Below, piece by piece: positions 1 to 13,237 of a stretch of DNA of 64,000 bases. The translations under genes and the position numbers were made by a program. The DNA is taken from assembly GCA_973895155.1 (NCBI GenBank), contig OZ316896.1, forward strand, positions 3,634,738 to 3,698,737. Reading direction: 5' to 3'. Within the stretch, counting starts at the first letter, position 1; each line of letters opens with the position of its first letter. Below the pieces are notes generated by a model. The model was not told where the DNA came from and did not search any database. It saw nothing but the letters and a program-made list of their open reading frames with translations. Source of the DNA: Marsupella aquatica. Taxonomy: Eukaryota; Plantae; Marchantiophyta.

Positions 1-379
1 TCAACAATTGTTGGTAAAGTGGAACCACCCATACTATGTTTTTCACATTAAAAACTCCAAAAAGAGAGGGGGGAACAAAGCCGCCAACAGCAAGCAAGAG
101 GGCAAAAACCACCCAAGCCAACTCTAAGAACCTGGGGAACAAGGGCACCAAAGAGCAACCAAGCAAGCAATGAGTGTGCACATAGCATCCACCCCAAGGA
201 AAATAAGGGGAAACTCTAATCAAGCCATGAGTGCCAACAGATCCACCAGTGCATATATGCAGAGCTTATGGTGTCAACCCCAAAACCCAAAACAAAGTCT
301 CTTTCAATCCAAATCAGATAGATAAAGATCCAATTGCTCCATCTAGTGCTAAGCACCTACGCATGCCTTGGCTGCCATT

Positions 380-1420
380 ACCTGTCTCACACTTTCTCCA
401 ATCTTTTGGCAACACTCTTTTGTGAAACAACCTCTTTTATGTAATGTCTTTTACTACCTACAGTCAAACTGAAGCGCCTGCTAGAGTTTTGTGGTGTTTG
501 ACTAGAGGCCTGCCCTAAGACCCCTAGCAAAGACTGTGAATGCTTGTGCCAAGACACTTTAGTAACTTACAAGTTTTAGTGGCTCTAAGCCACTCTAAGG
601 TGGACAAGCTAGCCCTTGAGATGGCTGTTGGCCTCCGGCTCCGGCCCATCAGTAGTGAACCCCAGGCTGCTTCTTCTTCTCTGCCTTGGAAGCCAAAAGT
701 AGACCCATCCAACAGAGGATAGACTCAGGGATAGGTCTTCTACTTTTAAATGGGGACCAGTGTAGGGTATCCCACAAGGGGTGATGATGTCCAGGCTGGA
801 CCCATCCTAGGAAGGAGAGAGGGTTGGACTCTACTTTGGAGTATGTGCCACTTTGGAGTATGCACCACTGTAGGGTAGCCCATAAGGGGGACGATAACCA
901 GGTATCCAATTAATACAAGGAAGGAGAGAGGGTTGGACACCTAGGGATCCCACACAGACCCATTCAAGGAAGAAGGAGGGTTGGACCAGGACCACATAAA
1001 GAACAGGGACCCACTCTAGGAAGAAGGAGGGTTACCCAGGACCACAAAGCTCATTCCAGAAAAAAGGAGGGTCGCACCAGGACCACAAAGAGGTCAACCA
1101 AAGACCTACTGTAGAAGAAACAAGTACTCACACCACTACACCCCACCCACACAAACATTCCCTTAGTGCGGAGGGTGGATTGGCAGAAACCAGTACTCAC
1201 ACCACTACACTAATAGTGAGGGGGATTGGCTGACCCAAAAAAACCAGTACTCACACCAGTACACAAGCATTCCCTAAACACAAGCATTCCCTTAGTGAGG
1301 AAGGGGATTAACACCAGTACACCCCACCCACACAAACACAAGCATTCCCTAAACACAAGCATTCCCTTAGTGAAGAAGGGGTTTAAACCAGGGACCTCTT
1401 TGTTCTGGGCTATCCGCTGG
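380..1420 (-). mobile_element. Highly decayed retroelement-like remnant (possible LINE ORF1/gag) with short tandem repeats
   Basis: Tandem units AGGAAGAAGGAGGGTTGGACCAGGACCACA (~960-1090) and ACCAGTACTCACACCA/CACAAGCATTCCCTTAGTG (~1120-1400); minus strand near 420-470 gives a broken zinc-knuckle-like FDC..GSKRHYIKE; no intact ORF. Confidence 0.3.
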
Positions 1421-1770
1421 CCAAGGCTAATCCCCCTGGCAAAATGATAGAAGCCAACTTCGTCTCCTCCTCATTATTGCTGTCACTGCAAAACAGTCCT
1501 GGCCGGGAAGTCTAGATGGGATCGATCGATTATAATTGTGCCTTCTTTGTATCGCCTCCTCGTTTCTAATCATCCCTAAGTCCCTCAATTTCCTTCGCGA
1601 GCCGTCTCATCGGTCGATCCACTGTACATGTCTTGGCGTCATCGCTCGACTTTGCCAAGTTCTTTGTAACTATCGCCCGCTCAATTTTAGCCAAGCTTTG
1701 ACTGACTCAGTTGATTCATGAGCCCTCTCATCGATCAATACATCGGCTTTACAAGTCTTCGTGTGATCGA

Positions 1771-1997
1771 GGATCCGTTCCTTCATCGTATCGCCCGCTC
1801 TCAATTTTAATCACCTTTGAATTTTACATTGTTGTGAAGACAGGAAAATCCGTCGTCACTTGCTGATTCGTGAGTCCTCACATCCAGCAGTACAATTCAG
1901 CATCATCCTTGTGCACTCTTATTGTGTCCGAGGTTCGGGGGATCCGTTCCTTCATCGTATCGCCCAGTCTCAATTTTAATCACCTTTGAATTTTACA
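1771..1997 (+). repeat. Direct repeat pair (~58 bp) upstream of the CaM-binding gene
   Basis: GGATCCGTTCCTTCATCGTATCGCCC..TCTCAATTTTAATCACCTTTGAATTTTACA at ~1771 and ~1940; partial third copy at ~1672. Confidence 0.85.
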
Positions 1998-2604
1998 ATG
2001 TTCATTCTTGGCGTTCAGTGAGCTTCCTCATACTCGCTAATACCAACGAACATCAATCTTGCATCCCATGATCGTGAAGATCTGCAGCTACGCGGAGATT
2101 CAGCCAATAGTTGGAATATCAAGGTAAGGAACAGGATATGGAAAAAGGCTTTCTCAATATTAATTGCTTTCATCATCTTCGCTCGTGCATGAACCAATTT
2201 TCCTCTAGATTGCATGAGTAGATCTACCTTCCCCCGAATTGACTTTCGGGAATATCAAGGTACAGCGAATTGGGACAAGGGTGGATCAATTTGGTTTTTC
2301 CGTTGCCCCACTCCTTAATCGGCACTGTTACTTAGACTTATCATCGGATGTTAGCCAAGTAGGCGGCCGTTTCTCCAAGCAGGTTTCGTGGAATCGTTGG
2401 AGGGCTGTTTTTTTATTCTATGGCAGGTCTGCGTGCTCTGTCCACGCCGGAGATGACGTTATAGTAAAGGACAGAGGTCAAAGTGTGAAGATAGGTGGCC
2501 ACATTCCGCTCATGCCAAGGAATACAACAGCTGAGAGAGACAGTGGAGAATTTGAAAATTGTGATGATGAAGCCCATCCTTTGGGAGATTGAGAAACTCA
2601 CGGT

Positions 2605-4527
2605 ATGTTGACTGAAGGGGTCTGGAGGGCAGATGCGTCGAAGGTGACGCAGTCACGGCATTCTTGTAAGGTTGGAGAAACGACGCCTTCTCACGACGTA
2701 TGTTCAGTAGGGGACCGCTTGTATTCACAGGTCCATGTGTGCAATCACGCAAGGTGTGCTTCAAAAGATCCGGACTACAATGTCAAATCAGCAGTTCCTG
2801 CGAGGAAATTCCTCGTTACAAAGAATCACGCGTATGGAGGACTGGAGGAGAAGGAAGAGAATAAGAGGGCCAGTAGTGGATCTAGCACCACCGCTCCTGA
2901 TCATCGACGAGATCGGAACCTTGCTCTCAAGGCTCTCACCTACTCGGTGCTCACAACAGTGAGTGGGTCCAATACTAAAATAAGGTCAAATGAGCTTCGC
3001 ACAAATGCCAGTTCTGTCCGGCAAAGCAGGCGAGCAACAAGAGACAATGGTAGCATCAGCTCGAACACTAGGATGGTTGTCCGACGGAAATTATTGAGAC
3101 CCACCACCACTCAGTCGTCCTCCGTCCACTTTGGTAGCTCTACCAAACGCAGTGGTGTGACAAGTCCTAAGGCCCAATCCACGGCTACAATACAAAGCAA
3201 GCAGTCGGAGTACTCGACATCCCCTGATAACTCTCTCACTTCTATCAGTAACACACAAATCATTTCCACGAGGAGAGAGGAGAAGGAGGAGGGGGCGGAT
3301 GAGGCAGCTGCTGCTGCTACATCCTCACCCACAGCATCGGTCGGTTCCAATCACGACACCGAGTTCTCCAGCTTGAAAGAGATTGTCATAGTTCTTCAGC
3401 AGGTTGGGATTGTCGAGCTACCTTCCAGTATTTTGCACAAGAACTGTGGGAACAGGGAGGCTACTTCTGACTCCCCTTCTCCTTCTACTTCTTCTTACAG
3501 GCCACCTGGCTCGAATTCCCTGCCTCCATCAACGCCATCCACGACTTTAGCGCCCACCTCTCCACCTTTGCCAAATGCAGCTGTCGCTGAGGACGAGATT
3601 AATTGTGGCTCGTCTATTCCATCCGTGGAATCCAGTCCAACTACATCTGGATCGTCAAGTTCATCAGTAACTTCTCTCAAGTCAGGGCCACGTCGAAGTA
3701 GCCCTACATCTCCTGTAAGATCTTTTCGTAATACAACTCCTGACAACCTTGCTAGGAATATTATAACTAAGTTGAAGGAAAGCCCCGAGGTGGGGTCAGC
3801 TTTGTCATCAGCGTCGCGTGCTGCACCTACTATGCCTTCGGGAATTCCCAGACATTCAGTTTCAGCAGCTGCGAAGGATTCTTCTCCTGCTCCCACAAAT
3901 ACATCAAGGTCAGCGAAATTTTATATCACAGATTTGCAGGCGAGAAGTGCTGCCCGGAGAAGTACTAAGAGAGTTCGTTCCATTGAACTGAGAGGTGGGA
4001 AGCCCCAGAGCTACTCCGCGACCACCGTCACCAGCTGGAATATGTCAACTGCTGAGACCTCAGTGTCTATTTCAGAATTTACGAGTGTTGAGTCAGGGCT
4101 TGCAGGGAGTGGACTAACAGAAGTCTCTGTCAAACCAGAGCAATTCAGCAAGAAGAAATCTCTAACTGCAGCCGGTGGTGCAAATGCCTCGGCAGCAAAT
4201 CCGAAGACTATGAAGGAGGCTCCCACAACTATGAAATTTGCAAAGAGCACGAGAAGCTCTGAGGGTGTGCATGTGAAGGCTGAGACTGTTGCTTTGAAAC
4301 ATGGTGAGGTTGCAGAGCGAAGACTGTCAGAGGAGTACATGACAAATCATGCTTTGGAAGGTGTAGTAAGGAAGATTTCGGAGAATGATCGTCGGGTGAA
4401 AGTTCTGGTTGATGCTTTTGAGACTATAGCTACCCTCACCGACTCTGAGGCCCTTGCCATGGAGGAGAAAACTTTAAACCGGCAACTGGGTCACGAATCA
4501 TTGACAGCCACATTAATCGCTGTGTAG
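2605..4527 (+). CDS. Ser/Thr-rich disordered protein with C-terminal plant calmodulin-binding domain (PF07839-like)
   Basis: 640-aa ORF. C-terminus ETVALKHGEVAERRLSEEYMTNHALEGVVRKISENDRRVKVLVDAFETI matches the CaM_binding consensus (LRHQ..E....EEWM.D.AL...V.KL....RKV.LLV.AFETV). True start codon uncertain. Confidence 0.8.
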   Translation: MLTEGVWRADASKVTQSRHSCKVGETTPSHDVCSVGDRLYSQVHVCNHARCASKDPDYNVKSAVPARKFLVTKNHAYGGLEEKEENKRASSGSSTTAPDHRRDRNLALKALTYSVLTTVSGSNTKIRSNELRTNASSVRQSRRATRDNGSISSNTRMVVRRKLLRPTTTQSSSVHFGSSTKRSGVTSPKAQSTATIQSKQSEYSTSPDNSLTSISNTQIISTRREEKEEGADEAAAAATSSPTASVGSNHDTEFSSLKEIVIVLQQVGIVELPSSILHKNCGNREATSDSPSPSTSSYRPPGSNSLPPSTPSTTLAPTSPPLPNAAVAEDEINCGSSIPSVESSPTTSGSSSSSVTSLKSGPRRSSPTSPVRSFRNTTPDNLARNIITKLKESPEVGSALSSASRAAPTMPSGIPRHSVSAAAKDSSPAPTNTSRSAKFYITDLQARSAARRSTKRVRSIELRGGKPQSYSATTVTSWNMSTAETSVSISEFTSVESGLAGSGLTEVSVKPEQFSKKKSLTAAGGANASAANPKTMKEAPTTMKFAKSTRSSEGVHVKAETVALKHGEVAERRLSEEYMTNHALEGVVRKISENDRRVKVLVDAFETIATLTDSEALAMEEKTLNRQLGHESLTATLIAV

Positions 4528-5599
4528 ATCTCGTAGCAAAGGTACTTCCACTCGAAACCACTTTGTCATGAATTCATATTGTGTTTGGACCACATTTCAG
4601 TGGATATGTGGGCTGCAAATGACTATCCCTGAGACGCCCTTGCACCTCATCTGATTCAGTCAACTAAGGTTTGATTTTCTACCCGTCTTATTCATATTAG
4701 AAAATGATGAAGAGTCTAGATTTAGATTTTCTACATGTTTGCAACTGTAATGCTTTAATTAGCAGCTCAGATTGTCCTGGAGTATTGTCCCTTGGAGTTC
4801 ACTTACTTATCTGTTTGATCCTGGAGAGTTGGCCGTCCAGAGGGTCCCTCGGGAAGGTCACTCCCCTTAAAACCGTGAGGATGCCTGTCATTGCGCCCGT
4901 TCTCGAAGTGCAACTCAAAGTTCGTATAATTCTGTTTGGAAAGTGAATTCATCTGTCTGAAAACAAGGTCTTCGTTAGAGAACTAAGCTGGTTGGCTGAA
5001 GACGAAGTGCTGAACTTCGTATTTTCCATAAACGATGATTCGAGAAGCTGTTTTACCCGGAACGAGACAGATCCAATTTTATGATTGTCTTCCACTTCAA
5101 AAAGAATCTCCTTTGTTGCCCCTGCGCTGAGAGTTCTCGATGAAAGTCTGACATGTATTTGTGTGATTGTTATTTTCTGCACAGGAAGGTGATTCTAGCG
5201 AGGTTTTTGGACCTAAAAGATAAGTAGATATGGTGCAATTTTAACGACGGCAAGAAATGCCATGTTCGAGAATACATGTTCAATTAATGGCTTTACTTGT
5301 GCCGTAGCTCCATTGTGCAGAGTAAATGTACAGAAGACGATGTCCCAAGGATAGAGACGCAATCTACTCACGTGATTGGTGGTGAGGACAAGAGTGTACA
5401 GCAAGGGAAGGCAATATTAGGTAGGAGCGTCCAAACCCATTGTACAGGTTCCTTTTGAGAAAGCAACCTAAAAGAACCCTCGATCCAAAGTAAGGATTTT
5501 GGGAGGAGGATCACCAGAAATGGAATCCAGTAGAAAATATGGCTAGGGGGAAAACCACGCTCGACATCGTCGTAAGATTTATTTCCTGCCTCTCAAATT

Positions 5600-6862
5600 T
5601 ACTTGCTTGAACGACCGGGCATCAATTGGACGGTTTAGCCAAAGTTCAACTTCACAGTGAGACAAAACAGTTGCAAATGGTTCTTGGCTGGTGGTCGTAG
5701 CAGCGATCTTGACTAAGGAACGCTGGACGATCTAGTATAGTGCCGACAACTGCTTGCTTTTCTTGCAAGACAGGTCGATAAGTTGGCAAGGTTAGAGGAG
5801 CGGCTTCTAACAATATCTTACCAGATTTTAGCATGTCTGGAATATATCCTTGCAACAATTCGAGATACTTGCTTGGAAAGAACAGGCACTAATTTGACTT
5901 CAACTTCACAGTGGGATAAAGCGGCTGCAAGTGGTTCCCCGAGTGGTTCTTGGCTTCTGATCTTAGGAGCAATCTCGACTATGGACCGCTGGACGAGAGC
6001 AGGGTCTGAAGATATCTTACAGGATTGAGCACACGTCAGTTTTGACCAATCATGCAGAACTTACAATCCTTGCAATTAGAGATATTCGCTTGGAAAGGAC
6101 GGGCATGAATTTGGATGGTTTAAGCAGGCCTCAACTTCACAATGATTGATAAAACGGCCACGAGCGGTTCGTGGCTTCTGGCCTTAGGAGCAATCTCGAC
6201 TATGGAACGCTGGACGAGAGCAGGGTCTGAAGATATCTTAAAGGATTTAAGCACACCTCAATTTTGACCAATCATGCAGAACTTACTATCCTTGCAATTA
6301 GAGGTGTTTGCTTGGAAAGAACGGGCATGAATTTGGATGGTTTAAGCAGACTTCAACCTCAGTGGGATAAAACGGCTACAACCGGTTCTTGGCTTCTGGT
6401 CGTAGCAGCGATCTTGACTCTGGAACGATAAGCGAGAGTAGAAAGGTAGGTGCCGACAACTATTTGCTTTAGTGGCAAACAAGGTCAATTGGCAGGGCCC
6501 CAACTTCTGAGGATATCTGAAAGGATTCAAGCATGTATGGATAACTATCCGCCAACCATGCATACCTTAAGTTGGACAGAAGTATTCATGAATGGGACAG
6601 AATAAATTAACATAATTTAGTCATGTCGAGGACCCATCGTCTACAGGAAGGTGCATGCTGTCGTCTAAGACAGAAGGGGGATGCCTACTGTACGTTGTTT
6701 TATGAAGGTCTTCATCCAGCCGGGATTTTCGGTCAGGACACTCTCTTCGTCGGTTCACTCCTGTTCTTACAATGAATAACCATTTTCCTACCATGGAGAA
6801 TTAAGTTCCCGAGATTGGAACCATCCCGTCATTTTGTCTCTAGTGATGGATGGATTGAGTGA
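5600..6862 (+). repeat. Tandem ~220-bp repeat block (about 4 degenerate units), copy A
   Basis: Anchor CTATGGAACGCTGGACGAGAG recurs at ~5713, 5979, 6200, 6419; the whole block plus its 3' tail is repeated in direct orientation at ~18510-19480. Confidence 0.85.
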
Positions 6863-7694
6863 TCCACTCCGATCCCCATTGCGTTGTTCTGAGGGACACA
6901 TTGAATGGACTGAGCTGCATAAAAAAACGCAACTGTTTACAGTGTTTGGCATCGCGCCAAGATCAGCGCTGCTCAATGCATGATTAGGCTACAGCCAGGA
7001 TCTGGTCGGGGATCTGGTCTGTGTTTAGAATCGGGCACTGGGCCCAGAAACACATGTGGTTGATGAGTCACATGATTATTTGTCGCCGGCTGAATTCCTA
7101 GATCTCGATAGCGTCTAGCGTAACTACTAAGATATCACCGGCAGGGAGACTAGACACAGCTGGAAAGAACAATTGAGATCAGCAGTTTCAATCGAAGATG
7201 AATAATTCACCAGAAAACGTGACTGTTCTCACAGGAGGTCATGGAAGCCTGAATGACTAGGTCTGTTCTTACATTCGCTCACAGGAATTCATGACATCAG
7301 ATTAGTGACTTTGTTCTCATACCAGTTCAAAGGAAAATTCATGAAATTAGATCAATGACTTACTTTGTTCTCACAGACAATTAAAGGAACTGGTCCACGG
7401 AAATAAGCGACAGCACTGGGTAACATCAGACCATAGAAATAAATCAATTGAAGATTGTCTGATGACAGAGTTTTATTGATATGGGACACGGCGCTAATAC
7501 CTTCAAATGTGAAGATCCTATCTGTAACGTGGGTAAAACAATGTAGAACGAATGAATGCATGTCATTACCCAAATGGGCAATGGGATGAACAATGTACAA
7601 CAGCTTCCCGACAGGATGGCAAGGGTGATCGATCCAGAAGGTCAGGAACAGGGGACTCAAGTACCCAAACTCCCTGAAAAAATTGGAAATTCAA

Positions 7695-8405
7695 TCAAGC
7701 TAGCGCATGGACAAGTTGCGATAGGACACCTCCCAAGCTCGCCACCTCCGACTCGGTCATGAAGAAGGACTTGGCCAGAAGCTGAGGATCAATACCAACC
7801 CCAAACAACGCCACGGGCATTAGCTGAATGCCAGGATTCTGACTGTTCAGCACGTTCAAGCTCACTGCTCGAACGGTTCCCTTGTTGAGCTGGAAGTGCA
7901 GCAGACCTCTGGGAAAAATGAATGCCTCACCCTTCTTGACAATCTTGGCATACAGCTTGTTGGGGACTGCGGGGTTATCGCTATTTGTGACGAAGCCGGT
8001 GTAGATCTCTCCCTCCAGACAGAAGAGGATCTCGGTGGCCAAATTGTGGGTGTGCGGCATAATGATTCCCCCAGGGTTGAGGTCCAGTCGAACCAGACCC
8101 AATCCCAATGTGTTCAGTGCAGGCCATTCTCGAACAAATCCGAACGTTGCAGTACCATTAGTGGGATTTCCCGTGAGATTCGCGTAGTTAGCCAATCCGG
8201 CGAATGCGAAGTCTTCCGTTGTGATGGACTCAGCTGCCTTGCATGCGTAGCCATTCACACTAGGCCCCCCCGCTTGCAGATCCGCCACACAGAAGTCTTG
8301 CAAAGGATCAGGGTCGGTCGCACTGACTCCAATGGCAATTGCCGCCATCGCTATGATGGTTACAAATAGTCTGAAGTAGTGCCGGATTGAATTTGTAAAT
8401 GCCAT
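7695..8405 (-). CDS. Germin-like protein (cupin), intronless, secreted (GLP-a)
   Basis: Signal peptide; box A QDFCVAD; box B GGIIMPHTHNLATEILFCLEG; box C GEAFIFPRGLLHFQLN; metal ligands H,H,E,H present. Confidence 0.96.
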   Translation of the reverse strand: MAFTNSIRHYFRLFVTIIAMAAIAIGVSATDPDPLQDFCVADLQAGGPSVNGYACKAAESITTEDFAFAGLANYANLTGNPTNGTATFGFVREWPALNTLGLGLVRLDLNPGGIIMPHTHNLATEILFCLEGEIYTGFVTNSDNPAVPNKLYAKIVKKGEAFIFPRGLLHFQLNKGTVRAVSLNVLNSQNPGIQLMPVALFGVGIDPQLLAKSFFMTESEVASLGGVLSQLVHALA

Positions 8406-10340
8406 TGTCGAATATAGAACTGCAACCCGGAGACGGACGTTTCTAGCTTTTCAATCTAGAGAAAGTTGTAGCTTTGGGCTGCGAGAGATCAATGCACTCT
8501 ACAATGGTACGAGGTAGATCAGCAATATGCGCTTGAGTTTAGTGAACTGCGAAGTGCTGACGATGGCTGGAAAATCTATCACATACTCTGTTAGATTCTT
8601 CCTCAAGTGGAAGAGTTGAAAGAACCGAAAGCTCAAAAGCGAGACTCAAATAAACTTGAACTGCGATGACTGAGAGCGTGCCGCACTGTGAGGTGGAGCT
8701 GGTTCACTATGAGCAAGTGATAGTTTGACTTCAATGCATTGAAGCCCGGTATTTAACCTCTTGATCGAACCCGGTAATGATGTGTTCCCTGGACGTTCGC
8801 AGCTGCTGTGAAGGAACTTTCACTAGTCACTACATTCGCCCTTCCAAGAGTCCCTTCCCCAAATCGGACAAATTCCCCGCAGGACATGTCGACGTGATAT
8901 AAGTTCAACCATGATCGTGGGTCCCGCTTAGACGTCGACCCAAAGTAAGGCAATCCCAACCACAGCAGTGGACTGTGTTCAACGCGATCCCCCAGAGCAA
9001 TGAAGCTGTAACGTAATGTCCTGGGTCAATCTACATCCGTGGGAGAAACTTTATAGGTCCCAAGTGTATATATCATTACACATCATACTAAAGAGAATCA
9101 AAATCTTGTGAAAGGGACATCCCTGATAAATATCCACTAAGCGCGAAGTGACGAAACCTGTCCATCAGAACTCAGACTTATTGACAGTGTACTTTGACCA
9201 TGTTTGATAGCTTGGACATGACTGTCCGTGAGATTCAGATGGCCCTCAGATACCTTCCGGGATGCTGCACCGATGGCTACAAAGTACGCTGCTGGTACGA
9301 GGTAAGTTCACTCTACTTGTAGTGGAGCTGACTTGTGTTTCGGACGCGCTGAGCTTGTTTGTGAGTAAATTACTCTTTGTTAAGTCACGTTGACTTACCC
9401 TCCAAAATGTCAACAACCAAAGTCGGAATGATCTGATCACTGAGTTGTATGGCCTTTGAATATACTGTAGTTTCGACGCTATGGAGTGGCGGCTTTATCA
9501 GGTCGAATAAAGTAGTTTGGAGGCGATTATGCGTAGACATATTCCAGGCTGCAGATTCTCATATTGATTACAATGTTGGTGGCTTGTATGGCGGAGTTAA
9601 TCTAATTGGACGAGAACACGGGACAAAACAGGTTTGCGGTCAGATTTCAACGTTAATCTGTGCCTTCATTTTTTAAGAATAGTTTGAAGAATTCACCCAT
9701 ACACTGTGGCTTCGAAATTACAAACAAAGAAAGCAATTCTTGCACTTAAGGATGAAAAGTGCGAGCAATAATATTAGAGTAATTAATGTGGAAGTCTACC
9801 AAGCAGAATCCGATACTTTTGTACCAAAAACCCTTACAGGAACTTTTCGATTTTCATTGACGAATCAGTAAACACTACTAATTTGTTGCACGTGAGATTG
9901 CAAGAAACCAAAGCTGCACCAGCTGATCGTGATAATTGTCAAAGGTATGGAAGCTTCAACGAGTGCTGTATCTAAGTGCTAATATTTGAACTCCATTCAC
10001 AGACAAGACTTGAAATATTAATTAATAAGTGCACAGGATGTGGTCAGTGCACGATGGTGCAGAAATCTCAACTACTTTGTACCATAAACATGGAGTAAAA
10101 TTGATCTAACTGGATTTGCATGATTAGGAAGCCAGACACCCAAGATAGCATAGCGCCTTTCAATTGACGTTTTCATTGATTGCAAGGTGTTAGTGTCCCT
10201 CCCTTACAGGTTTCTGGGACCAAATGATTTTATACATTGATCTAACCTCTATTGTCAAGAAGTCTCACACAATATATCTACATTTGCACCACAAATGTTC
10301 GAATATATATAGAGCTGATAATTTCAAGTATCACAGATAA

Positions 10341-10868
10341 ATGGTGCTCTACCACTGGTCTTGCCAATCAGAAAATTTTATGCTAGTTACAGATGACTGT
10401 TCGCGTTATTCTTGGGTGTTTTTTCCAAATTGGCAGGGCGTGCCATCAGGTGGAAGTCACGTAAGCAAGTTTTCATTGCTGCCAGTTCTACCGAAACCGA
10501 ATACCACTGTTATTCTGTTGCTACTATATAAGGAGGCGGTCTGGGTTCTTGCGCTTCTTCAACAATTGGCTGTGTTCTCTTCTGATGTTTCCTCTATGGT
10601 CATTTATGGGGAGAACAAGCTTGCAATGGCTTTGACTATCATTCCCGCTATCATTCCTGAACACCACCTGAAAACAACGAACATTGAAATTCATTGGCGT
10701 TATGTTTGGGAGCTCGTCAAGAAAGGCATTGGTCTTTTAAAATACTTGCCCACTGACAATATGCCGGCAGATGAATTGATCAAGCCACGGGAAGAAATCA
10801 CATTTGGTCATTTCATTCAACTACTCGGGCTTACGCTTTTCCCAGTTGACTTTGATCTTGTAGACTAG
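10341..10868 (+). mobile_element. Ty1/Copia pol remnant (integrase fragment fused to RNase H region)
   Basis: FMLVTDDCSRYSWVFF resembles integrase FVDDYSRYTWVYF; KEAVWV...IYGENKLAMAL...KTTNIEIHWRYVWELV...YLPTDNMPADELIKP resembles Copia RNase H (KEAIWL..YCDNQSAIAL..RTKHIDIRYHFVRE..LADILTKP). No LTRs seen. Confidence 0.8.
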
Positions 10869-11391
10869 ATGATTTTGATCGACGTCACGTTTTTAGACAG
10901 GACTTAAAACCGACACAAATGCCCTACCACAGAGCCTGTACTCGGAGAAGTCAAATTGGAAAGAAAATTTTAGAACCCTTGAAGCTCAAGCACCCTTGAA
11001 AGTCTCTTCAATTCGCCTGACAGAATCCCAGCTGATCGCACTCGATCAAGGTCGGAAACTCGACCGGATCACATAATTGAGCTGGACGGATAAAACTGTG
11101 AAGCAAACATATTTCATTCATCTTTATTCATATATGTAGACGGCATATTGAAACACTTTATCATAAAGTGATTCATGGACCATCCAAACTAAAATTTCAG
11201 GTCGCAGCGTAGATTGTGTATTAGTTGCTAGAAATTAGGCCTAGGGTACTGGTTGAATGAACAAATTAATAGAGAACTACATGTTTGTCTGCAAGAATGC
11301 CCAGTGTTCTCAGATCTAACGAAGACAATTACTGTAAAGACTCGGAATCCTGCCATCCTGCGTGTAGTATCGCTGGAGCATTTCATTTTTT

Positions 11392-12096
11392 TCAGGCGAA
11401 TTGAGACAGGACGCTTTCCAAGCTTGCCACCTGAGCGGTATCGATAAAGAATGATTTGGCCAGAAGCTCGGGATCGATGCCAACCCCAAACAACGCCACC
11501 GGCATAAGCTGAAAGCCCGGATTCTGTCCATTCAGCACGTTAAAGCTGACTGCTGGTACACTGCCCTTGTTCAGCTGGAAGTGGAGGAGTCCCCGTGGGA
11601 AGATGAACGCCTCCCCCTTTTTGACGATCTTCGCGTACAGCTTGTTGGGGACTGCAGCGTTATCGCTATTTGTGACGAAGCCGGTGTAGATCTCTCCCTC
11701 CAGACAGAAGAGGATCTCCGTCGCCAGATTATGAGTATGCGGCATGACGACGCCGCCAGGATTGATGTCCAGTCGAGCTATAGCCAAACCCAGAGTGTTC
11801 AGTGCGGGCCAGTCTTGAACAAAAGCGCGTGTGGCTGTGCCATTGAGCGGGTTGCCAGTGAAATTCGGGGCTTTTGCTAGCCCTGCAAATGCGAAGTCTT
11901 CGGCGGTGGCGAGTGTTGGGTCCTGGCATGTGTAGCCGTTAGCTGTTGGCCCTGCAGCAGTCAGGTCCGCAATACAGAAGTCTTGGAGCGGATCCGGGTC
12001 AGCCGCTATCACTCCATTCGGAACATTGCCCAGGCCTACGATCGCCAGGCCCACGATCATCAGGAGAACATGGAGGTTTGGAACTGTCGATGCCAT
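11392..12096 (-). CDS. Germin-like protein (cupin), intronless, secreted (GLP-b)
   Basis: ATG at 12096 (the ORF track starts at a GTG); signal peptide; QDFCIAD, GGVVMPHTHNLATE, GEAFIFPRGLLHFQLN. Confidence 0.95.
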   Translation of the reverse strand: MASTVPNLHVLLMIVGLAIVGLGNVPNGVIAADPDPLQDFCIADLTAAGPTANGYTCQDPTLATAEDFAFAGLAKAPNFTGNPLNGTATRAFVQDWPALNTLGLAIARLDINPGGVVMPHTHNLATEILFCLEGEIYTGFVTNSDNAAVPNKLYAKIVKKGEAFIFPRGLLHFQLNKGSVPAVSFNVLNGQNPGFQLMPVALFGVGIDPELLAKSFFIDTAQVASLESVLSQFA

Positions 12097-12260
12097 GTTG
12101 GACCTTGGATCTAACACAACTGACTGGAAACAACTCGACGTTGCGTTCGCTAATGTGATCGAACAGACAGTAGCACAGAAGGGTGAAAAAATAACGTGAT
12201 CGAACAGAAGCGCACAGAAGAGTGAATCGAACTTGATGATTAATGTTACTTCCGACTGCC

Positions 12261-12268
12261 TATATATA
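12261..12268 (-). promoter_or_regulatory. Putative TATA box of GLP-b
   Basis: Minus strand AGTATATATAGG about 165 nt upstream of the ATG. Confidence 0.5.
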
Positions 12269-13237
12269 CTCCCCAGATTTTCAATTGAAGCACACTGTGT
12301 TTCAGTCGATGGTCCACTCTGACTTCGCTTCCGGATGATCCCTGCAAACCAAATTGGTGTAGGCCTAAGTCACCAGATGGGACTCACCATGTATGGGACT
12401 GTCACTACTTCTCGCTTCAACTCCATACAACAACACTTGCGCATGAAGGTGCTCAAGGGAGGAGTGCAGTTAAACAAGTAAGTGCATCACCAGTGGTTTA
12501 GGGGCCAATGTACTCTAACCTCAAACTATGGCCCAACATGTGGAGGCCTACGAATTACAAAAGCCCTCATATTTAATTCGGTGTCTTAGAAATTAGAAAA
12601 GCCCTTCATATTGAATTCAATGTCCACTGGTTCATAGCTTCTTCCCTCCAAAATGATGTGTTGTCATGTCTAACTTAAAAGATCTTAATCATAGCCAAAA
12701 ATTAAAAATTAAAAAATCTCAATCATAGCCATGATCTTATGACATGTGGTGGAACATTTTTCATAGATGGGAATAGAAGTCAAAATAGAGGGGTCTCTCC
12801 TGGCTGCCATTTCTTATCTACCAAGTATAGAGGTCAAGGGTTGTGAAAATGGAAACTAGGTGCCATTTATTTAGGGATAGGGGGCCACTGGTGGGAAGCC
12901 ATGAATCCCTCCAAATATCAACCCCCTATATGTTCGTTTTAGAGGTTATAATTAGATGCTCTGACTAACAAGAGGCGAGTTTCGGGTCCAGTCTAAGTAG
13001 AGATAACAACATCCTGGCCATTCCAATAAGAGATTCCAATGGCCAGGATTGGACACTTTAAATAGCAACAGGCCTACTGCATGTCGAACAGTAGACATAA
13101 AGAGTCACTATGATGGACCCTTTGTTTCTTTCAGGGGCATCAATGTGAGGTCAGAGTTTTGTGACAATCATGTACTTGAACAAGCATCGAGTCACTTGGG
13201 GTTCAGAGTTAAAACGTTTACCTAGCCAGGGCAGCAA

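Noticed and set aside
3111-4340. Antisense ORFs over the CaM-binding gene
   Set aside because: Shadow frames of a Ser-rich coding sequence with no motifs.
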